DNA of 64,000 nt from a virus, in IMG/VR virus record IMGVR_UViG_3300028394_000044, positions 32,001 through 96,000 of that record. One strand, written 5' to 3'. The position numbers and the translations under genes were made by a program. Positions within the stretch are counted from its first letter, which is position 1. Each line of letters starts with the position of its first letter. This document shows, piece after piece, positions 55,820-64,000 of the stretch. The notes beneath the pieces are model-generated. The model worked only from the letters and a program-made list of their open reading frames with translations. It was not told the DNA's origin and did no database searches.

Positions 55820-58084
55820 ATGAGAAGTTTCAAGCAGATTGCAAGTCTTGTCCGAGGTGAGGACATTTCGGAAGAGGGTAAAAAGTCTCTCGGAACAGGA
55901 TGGATGCTGAAGGCTGATCCAAAATTGGGAAAAGCCGTCAAAGATAAGATCGACCTTACTAAAAAACGTCAAGCAACTTATGGTGATAAATCGGCTGGCA
56001 AGTCCATCAAAGAAGATATTTCACTTGATGAAGTAATGTTCAAAAAAAGTCCTTATGGTAGAACTGCGGCAAGTCAACAACGAGCTAAAGATTTGCTGAA
56101 CCCTCCAAAAGAATCAACCGAAACTAAAGCGGATGAAAAGAAAGAGGTTAAAGAAGCTGTTAAGCAACCAACAGGTAAATTGAAAGATGCCTGCTGGACT
56201 GGTTACACTGCTGTTGGTACAAAAATGAAGAACGGTAGAGAAGTTCCTAATTGTGTACCAGTCAAAGAAGATTTTGAGCAACTTGACGAAATGCCAGGTG
56301 CTAACATGGATACACGGGCTGTACATTCTCACCTAAAGAAAAAAGGTTGGTCTTTAAGTCGTACTTCTGGTGGGCATGATGTATTCACCCATCCTAATGC
56401 GGCTCATCATATTCCAGTTCCTCGTCACCGCCAGTTAAAAGCACCTCTGATTAAAGGTATTTTAAAATCCTCTCAGATTAGTGAAGAAACTAAAGATGTT
56501 GGTGAATATGACTATGAAGGTCAAATGGCTCGTACACAATTACAAACAACATTGCGTAATTGTGAAGATTTACTTGGAATGATTAACGATAATGATAATA
56601 TGCCTGAGTGGGTACAATCTAAGATAACCTTAGCTCAAGACTATATCACAACTGTTAGAGATTATCTACAATCAAAAGAGGAACTCGGTGAAGAAGTTGA
56701 TCCTGCACATAAAAAGATTCTAGATAAAGCGAAAACCAGTACACCTAAATCACCTAAAGGTGAATATGATCGCAAGGTTGAAAAGTATCTGAAGAAAAAG
56801 CATGGCATGAAAGAAGAAGTTGAGCAGATTGATGAGTTGTCTAAGAAAACTCTTGGCTCGTATGTCAATAAAGCACTGGACAGCGCAAGAGAAATGCCTG
56901 GCTCTGGCACGAATGCTGAAGCCAGCAAAAAGTCAAAACGTTTCGCTTCTGTTTCTGCGGCTGCATATCGCACACAAGGTCTTGCGCCAAGAAAAGGCAC
57001 TGATATGTTTAAAAAGTACAAAGCTGAAAGTGTTGTGGCGGAAGGCTCATTAGAAGAAGATAAATATGATAAAATGCTAAGAGATTTGGTGAAGGCAAGA
57101 CCTGACTTAAATAAAAAATATGCCAAAGATGTTAAAAGGTCAAAAGATATTGAAAGTGGCAAAGAGTTAAACAAACTTGTTAAAAAGAATCCTGGTGTAT
57201 TGAAAACACACAGTGATGCTGTAAAGAGAGATAAGAAACTAGGTATGGCGGAAGGCCTATCAGAAATGGACAAATCACAAACTCCGCCAGGACGAGACGG
57301 TCACGTAAGTCATGGCACATACGGTTCTAGAGACAAGAAAGATCCGGATGCTGGTAAGAAACAAGTCTACGGCAAAATGGAGCGCCCTGAAAAAACAACC
57401 AAAACGGCATCGGATATTCTTAACAAAGCATTTAATAAAGGTGTGGCAGAAGCTGTGACATATGAGCCAAGTCCGGGTGCTCGTCCAAATAACGCTGGAC
57501 ATACGCTTGTTGGTTTCTCATTTCATTCCGATAACACAAAACATGCTAACATTATGAAGCATGGTGAGACTGGTAAGTATTATGCTGCAGGTGGCAGTTC
57601 TTCACATCCCGTTAAAAGTACCACATTTCACGATACACCCGAAGATGCTGTTAAAAGCAAAAAGTCTTATGTTAAAGAAGAAGTTGGTCAAGCAACAAAT
57701 TCAAATGAAAATCCAAACAAGGGTCGTTTCATGTCTGCACCAGCTAAAAAAGTAATGAAGCCATCACCTATGGTAACTTCAGAGCAATCTGCTTCTGATA
57801 TTGGTCAACCACAAAGAGAAATTCCTCTTGATACAGCTAAAACTGACCACTCCACCGCTATGAAGATAGCTAAGTTGGCTGCACGTAGACAAGCAGGAAT
57901 CAAAGAGGACATGGAAGCAGACAACTCACTAGGTAAAAATGATACTCTTGCTAAACAAAGCCTTAGCAGAACTGCTGGCATTACAAAAGACCTTGCACTT
58001 ACTGGCAAGAATAAAGAAAATGTGAAGAATAAGGAAAAGTTCGAGCCTGAACCAGAACTATCTTCACAAATCGTTAAACCTTAA
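55820..58084 (+). CDS. Modular putative internal head polyprotein containing a HicA-like domain
   Basis: About 11-12 segments bounded by acidic xxE linkers; modules 'CWTGY..NCVP', HicA-like, 'PEWVQSKIT', 'ELSKKTLGSY'. Confidence 0.75.
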   Translation: MRSFKQIASLVRGEDISEEGKKSLGTGWMLKADPKLGKAVKDKIDLTKKRQATYGDKSAGKSIKEDISLDEVMFKKSPYGRTAASQQRAKDLLNPPKESTETKADEKKEVKEAVKQPTGKLKDACWTGYTAVGTKMKNGREVPNCVPVKEDFEQLDEMPGANMDTRAVHSHLKKKGWSLSRTSGGHDVFTHPNAAHHIPVPRHRQLKAPLIKGILKSSQISEETKDVGEYDYEGQMARTQLQTTLRNCEDLLGMINDNDNMPEWVQSKITLAQDYITTVRDYLQSKEELGEEVDPAHKKILDKAKTSTPKSPKGEYDRKVEKYLKKKHGMKEEVEQIDELSKKTLGSYVNKALDSAREMPGSGTNAEASKKSKRFASVSAAAYRTQGLAPRKGTDMFKKYKAESVVAEGSLEEDKYDKMLRDLVKARPDLNKKYAKDVKRSKDIESGKELNKLVKKNPGVLKTHSDAVKRDKKLGMAEGLSEMDKSQTPPGRDGHVSHGTYGSRDKKDPDAGKKQVYGKMERPEKTTKTASDILNKAFNKGVAEAVTYEPSPGARPNNAGHTLVGFSFHSDNTKHANIMKHGETGKYYAAGGSSSHPVKSTTFHDTPEDAVKSKKSYVKEEVGQATNSNENPNKGRFMSAPAKKVMKPSPMVTSEQSASDIGQPQREIPLDTAKTDHSTAMKIAKLAARRQAGIKEDMEADNSLGKNDTLAKQSLSRTAGITKDLALTGKNKENVKNKEKFEPEPELSSQIVKP

Positions 58085-58087
58085 TTT

Positions 58088-58095
58088 CATAAATA
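58088..58095 (+). promoter_or_regulatory. T4-type late promoter (CATAAATA)
   Basis: CATAAATAGAATAAT is identical to the box before gp18; AAGGAG RBS follows. Confidence 0.7.
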
Positions 58096-58120
58096 GAATA
58101 ATAACAAAAGGAGACACTAA

Positions 58121-58684
58121 ATGTCACTATGGTCCGTTTCAGATTCAAGCAATGCCGCACCTAAATTTGCAGGTGTTGATGTAAGTATTGGTGCCAGCGC
58201 AACTGGTTCATCATTGTTTGGTAACACACAAATTGCCGCATTCCAGACTACTAAAAATATCACTGTTGGTGTTTTTGGTGTAGGTACAACTGAACAAGGT
58301 GTATCCGCTTCATCAAATATACATCCACAACATGCTGGTTGGGTTCTGGTTAAAAGTGGCACTGGCCCAGTTGTTAGCATTACAGCTAACGCATCGGCAG
58401 TTGCAACTAATACTTACTTGACTTTCACAGGTACAACAGGTTCTACTACTGCCAACGCAACTGTGACAGTTAATACTGCTGGTTATATCCAATCAGTTAC
58501 TGTTAACTCTGGTGGTAACTACTTGAGAGCACCTGCTATTACTCAAGTTGGTAACGCTAACTTCACAATCACCATGGGTGGTCGTGCTGGTCGTGTACAA
58601 ACAGAAACTCTTGTTGCTATGGCATCTATTGGCACACAAGGTGTTGCTGATGCAAGCGACAATGCTACTTTCCCAAATAGCTAA
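58121..58684 (+). CDS. Putative virion structural/decoration protein
   Basis: Late promoter, strong RBS, Thr/Ala/Gly-rich beta composition; 'HAGWV' and 'ETLVAM' motifs. Confidence 0.6.
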   Translation: MSLWSVSDSSNAAPKFAGVDVSIGASATGSSLFGNTQIAAFQTTKNITVGVFGVGTTEQGVSASSNIHPQHAGWVLVKSGTGPVVSITANASAVATNTYLTFTGTTGSTTANATVTVNTAGYIQSVTVNSGGNYLRAPAITQVGNANFTITMGGRAGRVQTETLVAMASIGTQGVADASDNATFPNS

Positions 58685-59070
58685 TGATTGATTTTAAATT
58701 ATTCTTGAGTGAAGAATTGGAAGACTCTGAAGTTAATTTGGTGTCTTCCTACAACAGTCAAGAACTAAATGATAGTTTGTTCAGAGATTTGAGTAGTCCT
58801 TTTCTTTCTGTACAAGCTGGATTTTCTTACTTAAGAAAAACTTTATTTTCTTATGGTATAGATATTCCACCTGTGTTTGATTTGGATCCAGAAGGTGACG
58901 AAATGTTGTTGGATGTTTCCGGGTATGGTGCAGAGCAGTCATCAATATTGTATGTTTTATATTCTCTAACCGATGATGGTTATTATGATTTCTATGCTGA
59001 ACTCACTGATGAGTCTGGTGCGGATGAATTGCTGAAATCTGGTACAGAGGAGCAAGAAGAAGAAGTTTAA
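58684..59070 (+). CDS. Acidic hypothetical protein
   Basis: TAATG coupling; N-terminus MIDFKLFLSEE. Confidence 0.65.
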   Translation: MIDFKLFLSEELEDSEVNLVSSYNSQELNDSLFRDLSSPFLSVQAGFSYLRKTLFSYGIDIPPVFDLDPEGDEMLLDVSGYGAEQSSILYVLYSLTDDGYYDFYAELTDESGADELLKSGTEEQEEEV

Positions 59071-59462
59071 TGTCCTTTGATGATTTGACCAGTGAAAATA
59101 TTTTAATTTATGCAATGAAGGCTTATGATAGACCAGATTGCATAATGAGTGAATTTAAAGAGGACATGAAACGGTTCAATTACTTAAAAAGATTGTTTCG
59201 TAAATATCGCAAGTTGGGTGAAATTAAAGATCGATTGGTCATAAATCACTTAGTTGTTCTGTATAATGTTTTTGGTGTTGAAGTTGCAACTCGTTTGCTT
59301 TTTTATAAAGTATCAGAAGAAGATCATATCACATTAAAAACGTACCTTCTATTCTTGAATTATATGCCAAGTGTTATACCAAAAATTAATGGAAAAGATA
59401 TATTATCTTCCGATATTGCTGTCGATATGAATATAGCTGAAGTATTGAGGCAAATTAAATGA
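59070..59462 (+). CDS. Conserved T4-like hypothetical protein
   Basis: 'YAMK.Y..P.C....EF.ED.KRF.YLKRLF..Y', 'NHL..LYNVFG'. Confidence 0.75.
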   Translation: MSFDDLTSENILIYAMKAYDRPDCIMSEFKEDMKRFNYLKRLFRKYRKLGEIKDRLVINHLVVLYNVFGVEVATRLLFYKVSEEDHITLKTYLLFLNYMPSVIPKINGKDILSSDIAVDMNIAEVLRQIK

Positions 59463-59833
59463 ACGAATATATTATTCAAAAGAGAGGATTTCAAGTGCAT
59501 ATGCATGAAGACGGTGAAGCTCCAATGAATTCTGTTGGTTCTGGTAACGTAGCGGGTATTGGTATTAATAATCCAAAACTTTCAGACCAAGCGCAGCCTG
59601 GTGTTAAACGTAAAAAGTTTGCAGGCTCAACGGTATTTAAAGTACCAACTAAATCTTTTGTTATGGCTAAAATGCTTAAACGCAAATACGCACGATTTGA
59701 ATCTTACCTTGGTGATCCAGTTGTTTCTAAAGAAATTTCTGAATTTGCTAATTCTAATTGGAAAGAAGGTATTGTTTTAGAAGATGAACAAACTGGTGCA
59801 ATGATGTATGTTCGTTATGGCAAAGGAAAATAA
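59459..59833 (+). CDS. Hypothetical late protein
   Basis: 'APMNSVGSGNVAG', 'L.DE.TGAM.Y.R'; coupled ends. Confidence 0.65.
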   Translation: MNEYIIQKRGFQVHMHEDGEAPMNSVGSGNVAGIGINNPKLSDQAQPGVKRKKFAGSTVFKVPTKSFVMAKMLKRKYARFESYLGDPVVSKEISEFANSNWKEGIVLEDEQTGAMMYVRYGKGK

Positions 59834-60279
59834 TGTGGATATTAAAATTTCTTCCTGACTGGATTTTCCACGCAGTGTTTTTTTTGGGGTTAATTGGGCT
59901 TGTAGCAACATATTTGCTCAAACTAATTCCAATTCCATTTCTCTACGTCTACAAAACTCCCATACAATTAATCTCTATCGCATGTATCGTTATTGGCGTA
60001 TACATGGCTGGCGCTATTGCTAATGAAGATGCATGGAATGCTAGAGTTGCTGAGTTACAAATAAAGGTAGCAGAAGCAGAAGCCAAATCTACACAGGTTA
60101 ACACAGAGGTTGTTGAGAAAGTTGTTAATCGCACTCAAGTGATTAAAGAAAAAGGTGATGAAGTCATCAAGTATGTAGAAACAGAAGTTGTCAAATATGA
60201 CACTAAATTTTTACCGGGTGGTCAATGTGAAATGCCTAAAGAATTTATTATAGCATTGAATAAAGCGGCTTTACCATGA
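59833..60279 (+). CDS. Inner-membrane spanin (Rz-like)
   Basis: N-terminal TM segments plus a periplasmic coiled coil with a C-terminal Cys; overlaps the lipoprotein gene. Confidence 0.75.
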   Translation: MWILKFLPDWIFHAVFFLGLIGLVATYLLKLIPIPFLYVYKTPIQLISIACIVIGVYMAGAIANEDAWNARVAELQIKVAEAEAKSTQVNTEVVEKVVNRTQVIKEKGDEVIKYVETEVVKYDTKFLPGGQCEMPKEFIIALNKAALP

Positions 60280-60533
60280 GATATATAATTTTAACTCTAT
60301 TATTGACAGGTTGTGCAAGCACTACAGTTCCAGTAACTGTTCCTTTTCCACAAGCACCACAAGTATTGATGCAAAGATGCCCACCTTTAAAACTGATGCC
60401 CGAGGATGCTAAATTGAGTGATGTTGCTCGGGTTATTACTGAAAATTATACTTTATATTATAATTGTGCTATCAAAAATGATGCGTGGATTGAGTGGTTT
60501 GATAAACAAAAACAAATTTATGGAGACTTCTAA
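60276..60533 (+). CDS. Outer-membrane spanin lipoprotein (Rz1-like)
   Basis: Lipobox LTGC; Pro-rich 'P..P..LMQ.CP.L'; 'NY..Y..C'. Confidence 0.85.
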   Translation: MRYIILTLLLTGCASTTVPVTVPFPQAPQVLMQRCPPLKLMPEDAKLSDVARVITENYTLYYNCAIKNDAWIEWFDKQKQIYGDF

Positions 60534-61156
60534 TGGAATTATCAAAAGAACAATTAAAACAATTGTTACCTAAAAATCCGTATATTGACCATTGGTACGA
60601 TGCTCTGTCCAAATTACTACCCGATTACGAAATCAATACGCGCCAGCGTATAGCTGCATTTGTTGCACAATGTTCTCATGAATCTGGTGGTTTTACCGCA
60701 CTAAAAGAAAATTTAAATTACAAAGCACAAACGCTTCGTAAGATTTTTCCAAAGTATTTTCCTACTGATGCTCTTGCTAATGAATATGTAAACAAGCCTA
60801 ATAAACAAGAAGCTATTGCTAACAAAGTTTATGCTAATCGCATGGGTAATGGCAATGAAGCCTCGGGTGATGGATACAAATATTGTGGTCGCGGTTTAAT
60901 TCAATTAACGGGTAAAGAAAACTATTCATGGTTTGCAGCATCTTTAGAAATTTCAGTTGAAGACGCTGCGGAATATTTACAAACATTTGAAGGTGCTGCA
61001 CAGTCTGCATGTTGGTTTTGGGAAACAAATAACCTCAATCAGTGGGCAGACAAGGGTGATATTGTCACTCTAACTAAACGTATTAATGGTGGTACTATTG
61101 GTCTTGAGGACCGCATTAAACACTATGAACATGCGCTACATGTATTAGGAGCATAA
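60533..61156 (+). CDS. GH19-family endolysin
   Basis: 'AAF.AQ..HES', 'ENLNY', 'GRGLIQLTG..NY', 'T.RINGG..G..DR'. Confidence 0.92.
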   Translation: MELSKEQLKQLLPKNPYIDHWYDALSKLLPDYEINTRQRIAAFVAQCSHESGGFTALKENLNYKAQTLRKIFPKYFPTDALANEYVNKPNKQEAIANKVYANRMGNGNEASGDGYKYCGRGLIQLTGKENYSWFAASLEISVEDAAEYLQTFEGAAQSACWFWETNNLNQWADKGDIVTLTKRINGGTIGLEDRIKHYEHALHVLGA

Positions 61157-61157
61157 T

Positions 61158-61463
61158 ATGTACGATGATAAAAAATTATTTAAATTGTTGGCTTTTTTAA
61201 TTATTTTACCTGTAACTTTGGCTATATTTGGTGGAGATAAATTTCGTTATCCATGTCAAAATCCAGATAATTGGGATAAAAAAATATGTCAAAAACCAGC
61301 ATGTGATGTGACCAGAAGTTGTCCTGAACATATTTTTAAAGGACAACACGACCCTAGATTAGGAATTCAAGATGATAAAGCGATTAATAACAATTCTACA
61401 ACTTCATTTTCCGGTTCTAAACCAGATGCATGTAATGGACAAGGAGCAACCTGTGCAAAATAA
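61158..61463 (+). CDS. Membrane-anchored Cys-rich protein (lysis region)
   Basis: One N-terminal TM; 'RYPCQ.P.NW....C..P.C.V...CPE'. Confidence 0.7.
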   Translation: MYDDKKLFKLLAFLIILPVTLAIFGGDKFRYPCQNPDNWDKKICQKPACDVTRSCPEHIFKGQHDPRLGIQDDKAINNNSTTSFSGSKPDACNGQGATCAK

Positions 61464-61917
61464 TAATATTTTTATATATTCAGACGAACAATTAATGTCT
61501 CGTCTAAAATTCTTCATTGGTGTATGTCTAGCAACTACACTAACTGGTATCGTATTTGTTGTTCTGTATTCAATTATTTTTGTTACACAACCATTGAATG
61601 CCATCAGTCCGATTGACCAAAAATTCTTTGAATTAATCATTCCTATTGCTACATTTTTAACAGGTACATTATCGGGCATCATGTTGTCGGGTGGTACAAA
61701 GGAAGAAAATGAAGCTAAATTGGCGGCAATGAAAATGGCTGGTGAAAATCAAGCGCAGGCAGCTAAAGCTGTACCATTCACACCACCTTCAGCGCCTGTG
61801 CCTGCAGCAGTTTTTGTACCTCAAGCAACTACTGATTTTGGTTCATTTAATGCCGCACCTATCACAGGTTTTGGTGGTAAATTAGCACCACCTCCAGCAC
61901 CACAGCCTGAAAAATGA
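61453..61917 (+). CDS. Two-TM membrane protein with a Pro-rich tail (holin-like)
   Basis: AAGGAG RBS and GTG at 61453; two hydrophobic helices. Confidence 0.6.
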   Translation: MQNNNIFIYSDEQLMSRLKFFIGVCLATTLTGIVFVVLYSIIFVTQPLNAISPIDQKFFELIIPIATFLTGTLSGIMLSGGTKEENEAKLAAMKMAGENQAQAAKAVPFTPPSAPVPAAVFVPQATTDFGSFNAAPITGFGGKLAPPPAPQPEK

Positions 61918-62147
61918 TGAACGGATTGTTGCAAGACGGACATAATGGTTCTCTTAGTAGTAAGAGAGTCATTACTTTTCTTGCATTCATACTATGTGGC
62001 ATATCTTTTATTGCTAATTTATTTTGGAACTTTAAAATAGAAGCTCACATGTATGATGGTATGATATACTTGACCATGGCAGGTCTTGGATTTACTGTAA
62101 CAGAAAAATTTGCAACTATAAATAAAACAAATTCATTGGAGAAATAA
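61914..62147 (+). CDS. Small two-TM holin candidate
   Basis: 'SSKRV', two TM helices, 'GLG.T..EKF'. Confidence 0.6.
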   Translation: MMNGLLQDGHNGSLSSKRVITFLAFILCGISFIANLFWNFKIEAHMYDGMIYLTMAGLGFTVTEKFATINKTNSLEK

Positions 62148-62148
62148 C

Positions 62149-62340
62149 ATGTCTGTCGTATTTAAAACCCTAGTGATTGCACTTTTTCTGTCTATTGGTA
62201 CTTTTGCTGTAGCTGAAATTAAAACTCAAAAGTCTTGTATAACTCAAAAAGATCCTAAAAATGGAAAAGAAAAAGAAGTATGCAAAACAATCAAGGTTCA
62301 CAAGAAATTGGAAGGAACAAAAGTTCCTGACAAAAAATAA
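62149..62340 (+). CDS. Small secreted basic protein
   Basis: Signal peptide ending AVA; two Cys residues; GGAG RBS. Confidence 0.65.
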   Translation: MSVVFKTLVIALFLSIGTFAVAEIKTQKSCITQKDPKNGKEKEVCKTIKVHKKLEGTKVPDKK

Positions 62341-62777
62341 TGGCTGATATAAATGATAATATTCAAATGAAGGTTGATGTTGGCGTCCTGAAAACGCAGG
62401 TCGCATCGATTACCAATTTGTGTGATAAAATGGATAAAGTTATTGAAAAATTAATAGATAACCATGACCGTATGGTTGAACAGATTTACACGGACATGGA
62501 AAAAAGAAAATCGGACACAATAATTGATATTAAAGAGATGCATTCTCGCATCACCACTATTGACAGAAGCCTATCTGATAAGATAGAATTGACAGAACGC
62601 CGTATTATGGAAGAAATTAAATCTCTCCGTGAAGATATTAGTGAACACAATAAAAGAGGAGATGACGAATTTAAAAAAATTCTTGAATGGAAATGGATGG
62701 CAGCTGGAGGTATAGTTGCCCTTGCTTGGATATTATCAAATGTAAAATTTGAGGCAATTAGTAAACTTTTTGGTTGA
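62340..62777 (+). CDS. Coiled-coil protein with a C-terminal TM
   Basis: Heptad-rich body and 'LEWKWMAAGG' followed by a hydrophobic tail. Confidence 0.65.
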   Translation: MADINDNIQMKVDVGVLKTQVASITNLCDKMDKVIEKLIDNHDRMVEQIYTDMEKRKSDTIIDIKEMHSRITTIDRSLSDKIELTERRIMEEIKSLREDISEHNKRGDDEFKKILEWKWMAAGGIVALAWILSNVKFEAISKLFG

Positions 62778-62801
62778 CAATTCATGAAAAAGGTATATAA
62801 T
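62774..62801 (+). promoter_or_regulatory. Sigma70-type promoter for primase
   Basis: TTGACA-16bp-TATAAT. Confidence 0.7.
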
Positions 62802-62809
62802 GATTGAAT

Positions 62810-63841
62810 ATGTCACTTCCTACAGACCTCAAATTTATTCTTCTAGTCTCACCTAAATTCGAAAAATTTCAGCGTAAATCTGATTACCTCTTCAATGTGA
62901 GGTGCCCGATCTGCGGAGATTCGCAGAAAAATAAATCTAAAATGCGCGGCTACATTTACCGCAAAGGTAATGATCTATTTTACCGCTGTCACAATTGTGG
63001 CGCAGGAATGGGTATCGGCAATCTTCTCAAACACATGGATGGTTCTCTACATAGAGAATATATCCTTGAGCGTTACAAAACTGGCGAAATCAATACCAGC
63101 AACAATAAAACTCACATGTTTGATATACCAGCACCTCGATTCGGCAAGGTTGATATACCCACATACGAAAATGCAGAACGGTGTGATATGTTACCAGATG
63201 AACACTTCTGTAAAAAATACATAAAAGCCCGTCAAATACCAGAGTGGGCATTCAAAAAGTTATATTTCACAGCTAACTTTAAAAAGTTTTGTGATGAAAT
63301 TAATCCAAGTCATGGAAAAGAAGAACTTACACAAGACGCTAGGTTAATCATTCCTTTTTATGATGAATACAATTCTCTAATTGGTGTCTCTGGCAGAGCA
63401 TTAGTTATAGCAGACTATAAGTTGCGGTATATCAAAATAAAAGCAAATGATAATATAAAAAAGCTAATCTATGGAATAGATCGTATAGATACTACTCTGG
63501 CTGTAAAAATTGTTGAGGGTGAAATTGATTCTCTATTTTTGACCAATGCTATTGCATCGGGAGATTCCAGTTTATCAATAACCGCTGATGCTATTACAGC
63601 AAAAGAAAAAATATTAATTTTTGACAATGAGCCTAGAAATAAAGAAATTGTCAAATTGATGAGTAATGCTATCCTAGATGGTCGTAACATTGTTATTTGG
63701 CCTAATACTGTAGAAGGTAAAGATATCAATGAAATGGTGTTGAATGGCTTTTCATGTGACGAAATTGAAAGTATCATAAGTAATAACACATTCAAGGGTA
63801 TTGAAGCACAAATCAATTATAATTATTGGAAAAAAGTATAA
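62810..63841 (+). CDS. gp61: DNA primase
   Basis: Zn ribbon 'CPICGDS..CHNC'; TOPRIM 'VEGEIDSLF', 'FDNEPRN', 'KDINEM'. Confidence 0.95.
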   Translation: MSLPTDLKFILLVSPKFEKFQRKSDYLFNVRCPICGDSQKNKSKMRGYIYRKGNDLFYRCHNCGAGMGIGNLLKHMDGSLHREYILERYKTGEINTSNNKTHMFDIPAPRFGKVDIPTYENAERCDMLPDEHFCKKYIKARQIPEWAFKKLYFTANFKKFCDEINPSHGKEELTQDARLIIPFYDEYNSLIGVSGRALVIADYKLRYIKIKANDNIKKLIYGIDRIDTTLAVKIVEGEIDSLFLTNAIASGDSSLSITADAITAKEKILIFDNEPRNKEIVKLMSNAILDGRNIVIWPNTVEGKDINEMVLNGFSCDEIESIISNNTFKGIEAQINYNYWKKV

Positions 63842-63842
63842 A

Positions 63843-64000
63843 ATGAAAGTAAAATTGATTAGTTCTAGCAAATCTTCAAGAGAGATGCATAGTGAGGGAA
63901 TGTATGATGTTCAAGACCTTATTGCGTTTTGTGCAAGGGTTTCAAACCCAAGCAACCAATTCAATACAGAGACTGCTGAGAAGCTGATTCGCTATTTGAT
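63843..64000 (+). CDS. thyX: Flavin-dependent thymidylate synthase (truncated by the window end)
   Basis: MKVKLIS...'QDLIAFCARVSNPSNQ.NTETAEKLIRYL' matches the N-terminus of ThyX. Confidence 0.8.
   Translation, partial: MKVKLISSSKSSREMHSEGMYDVQDLIAFCARVSNPSNQFNTETAEKLIRYL

Noticed and set aside
56662-57273. 203-aa minus-strand ORF, and other minus-strand ORFs such as 12345-12890, 30956-31483 and 10151-10546
   Set aside because: Antisense shadows of well-supported + strand genes, with no recognisable motifs or expression signals
1-64000. Stop-codon recoding or cyanophage identity
   Set aside because: Core genes are full length in the standard code with tight packing; no psbA, hli or other cyanobacterial marker genes in the window

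Overview
A 64-kb segment of an AT-rich T4-like myophage genome. All credible genes are on the + strand. Spanins and a GH19 endolysin indicate a Gram-negative host. No photosynthesis genes, tRNAs, CRISPR arrays, introns or inteins were seen. Gene order: neck/tail/packaging/head module (gp14-gp23, gp3, with a Dps gene between the terminase subunits); uvsY-uvsW-gp55-gp47-gp46; peptide deformylase and a GREB1-type glycosyltransferase/methyltransferase block; a vWA-peptidase/MoxR pair; replication genes (gp45, gp44, gp62, regA, gp43, uvsX, gp41) interleaved with nucleotide-pool genes and hsp20; an 8-kb NDP-sugar/glycosyltransferase island; a late cluster of probable internal head proteins; a lysis cassette; primase; and the start of thyX. 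Best leads: (1) late polyproteins built from short modules joined by prohead-protease-type linkers that are also repeated in the DNA, one module being an intact-looking HicA toxin domain; (2) a gene with its own strong RBS overprinted in the +1 frame inside a nucleotidyltransferase/zeta-kinase gene; (3) a ~175-nt multi-pseudoknot RNA upstream of hsp20; (4) an antisense sigma70 promoter and leaderless transcripts around gp55. All family assignments come from motif recognition and synteny by eye; no database searches were run.
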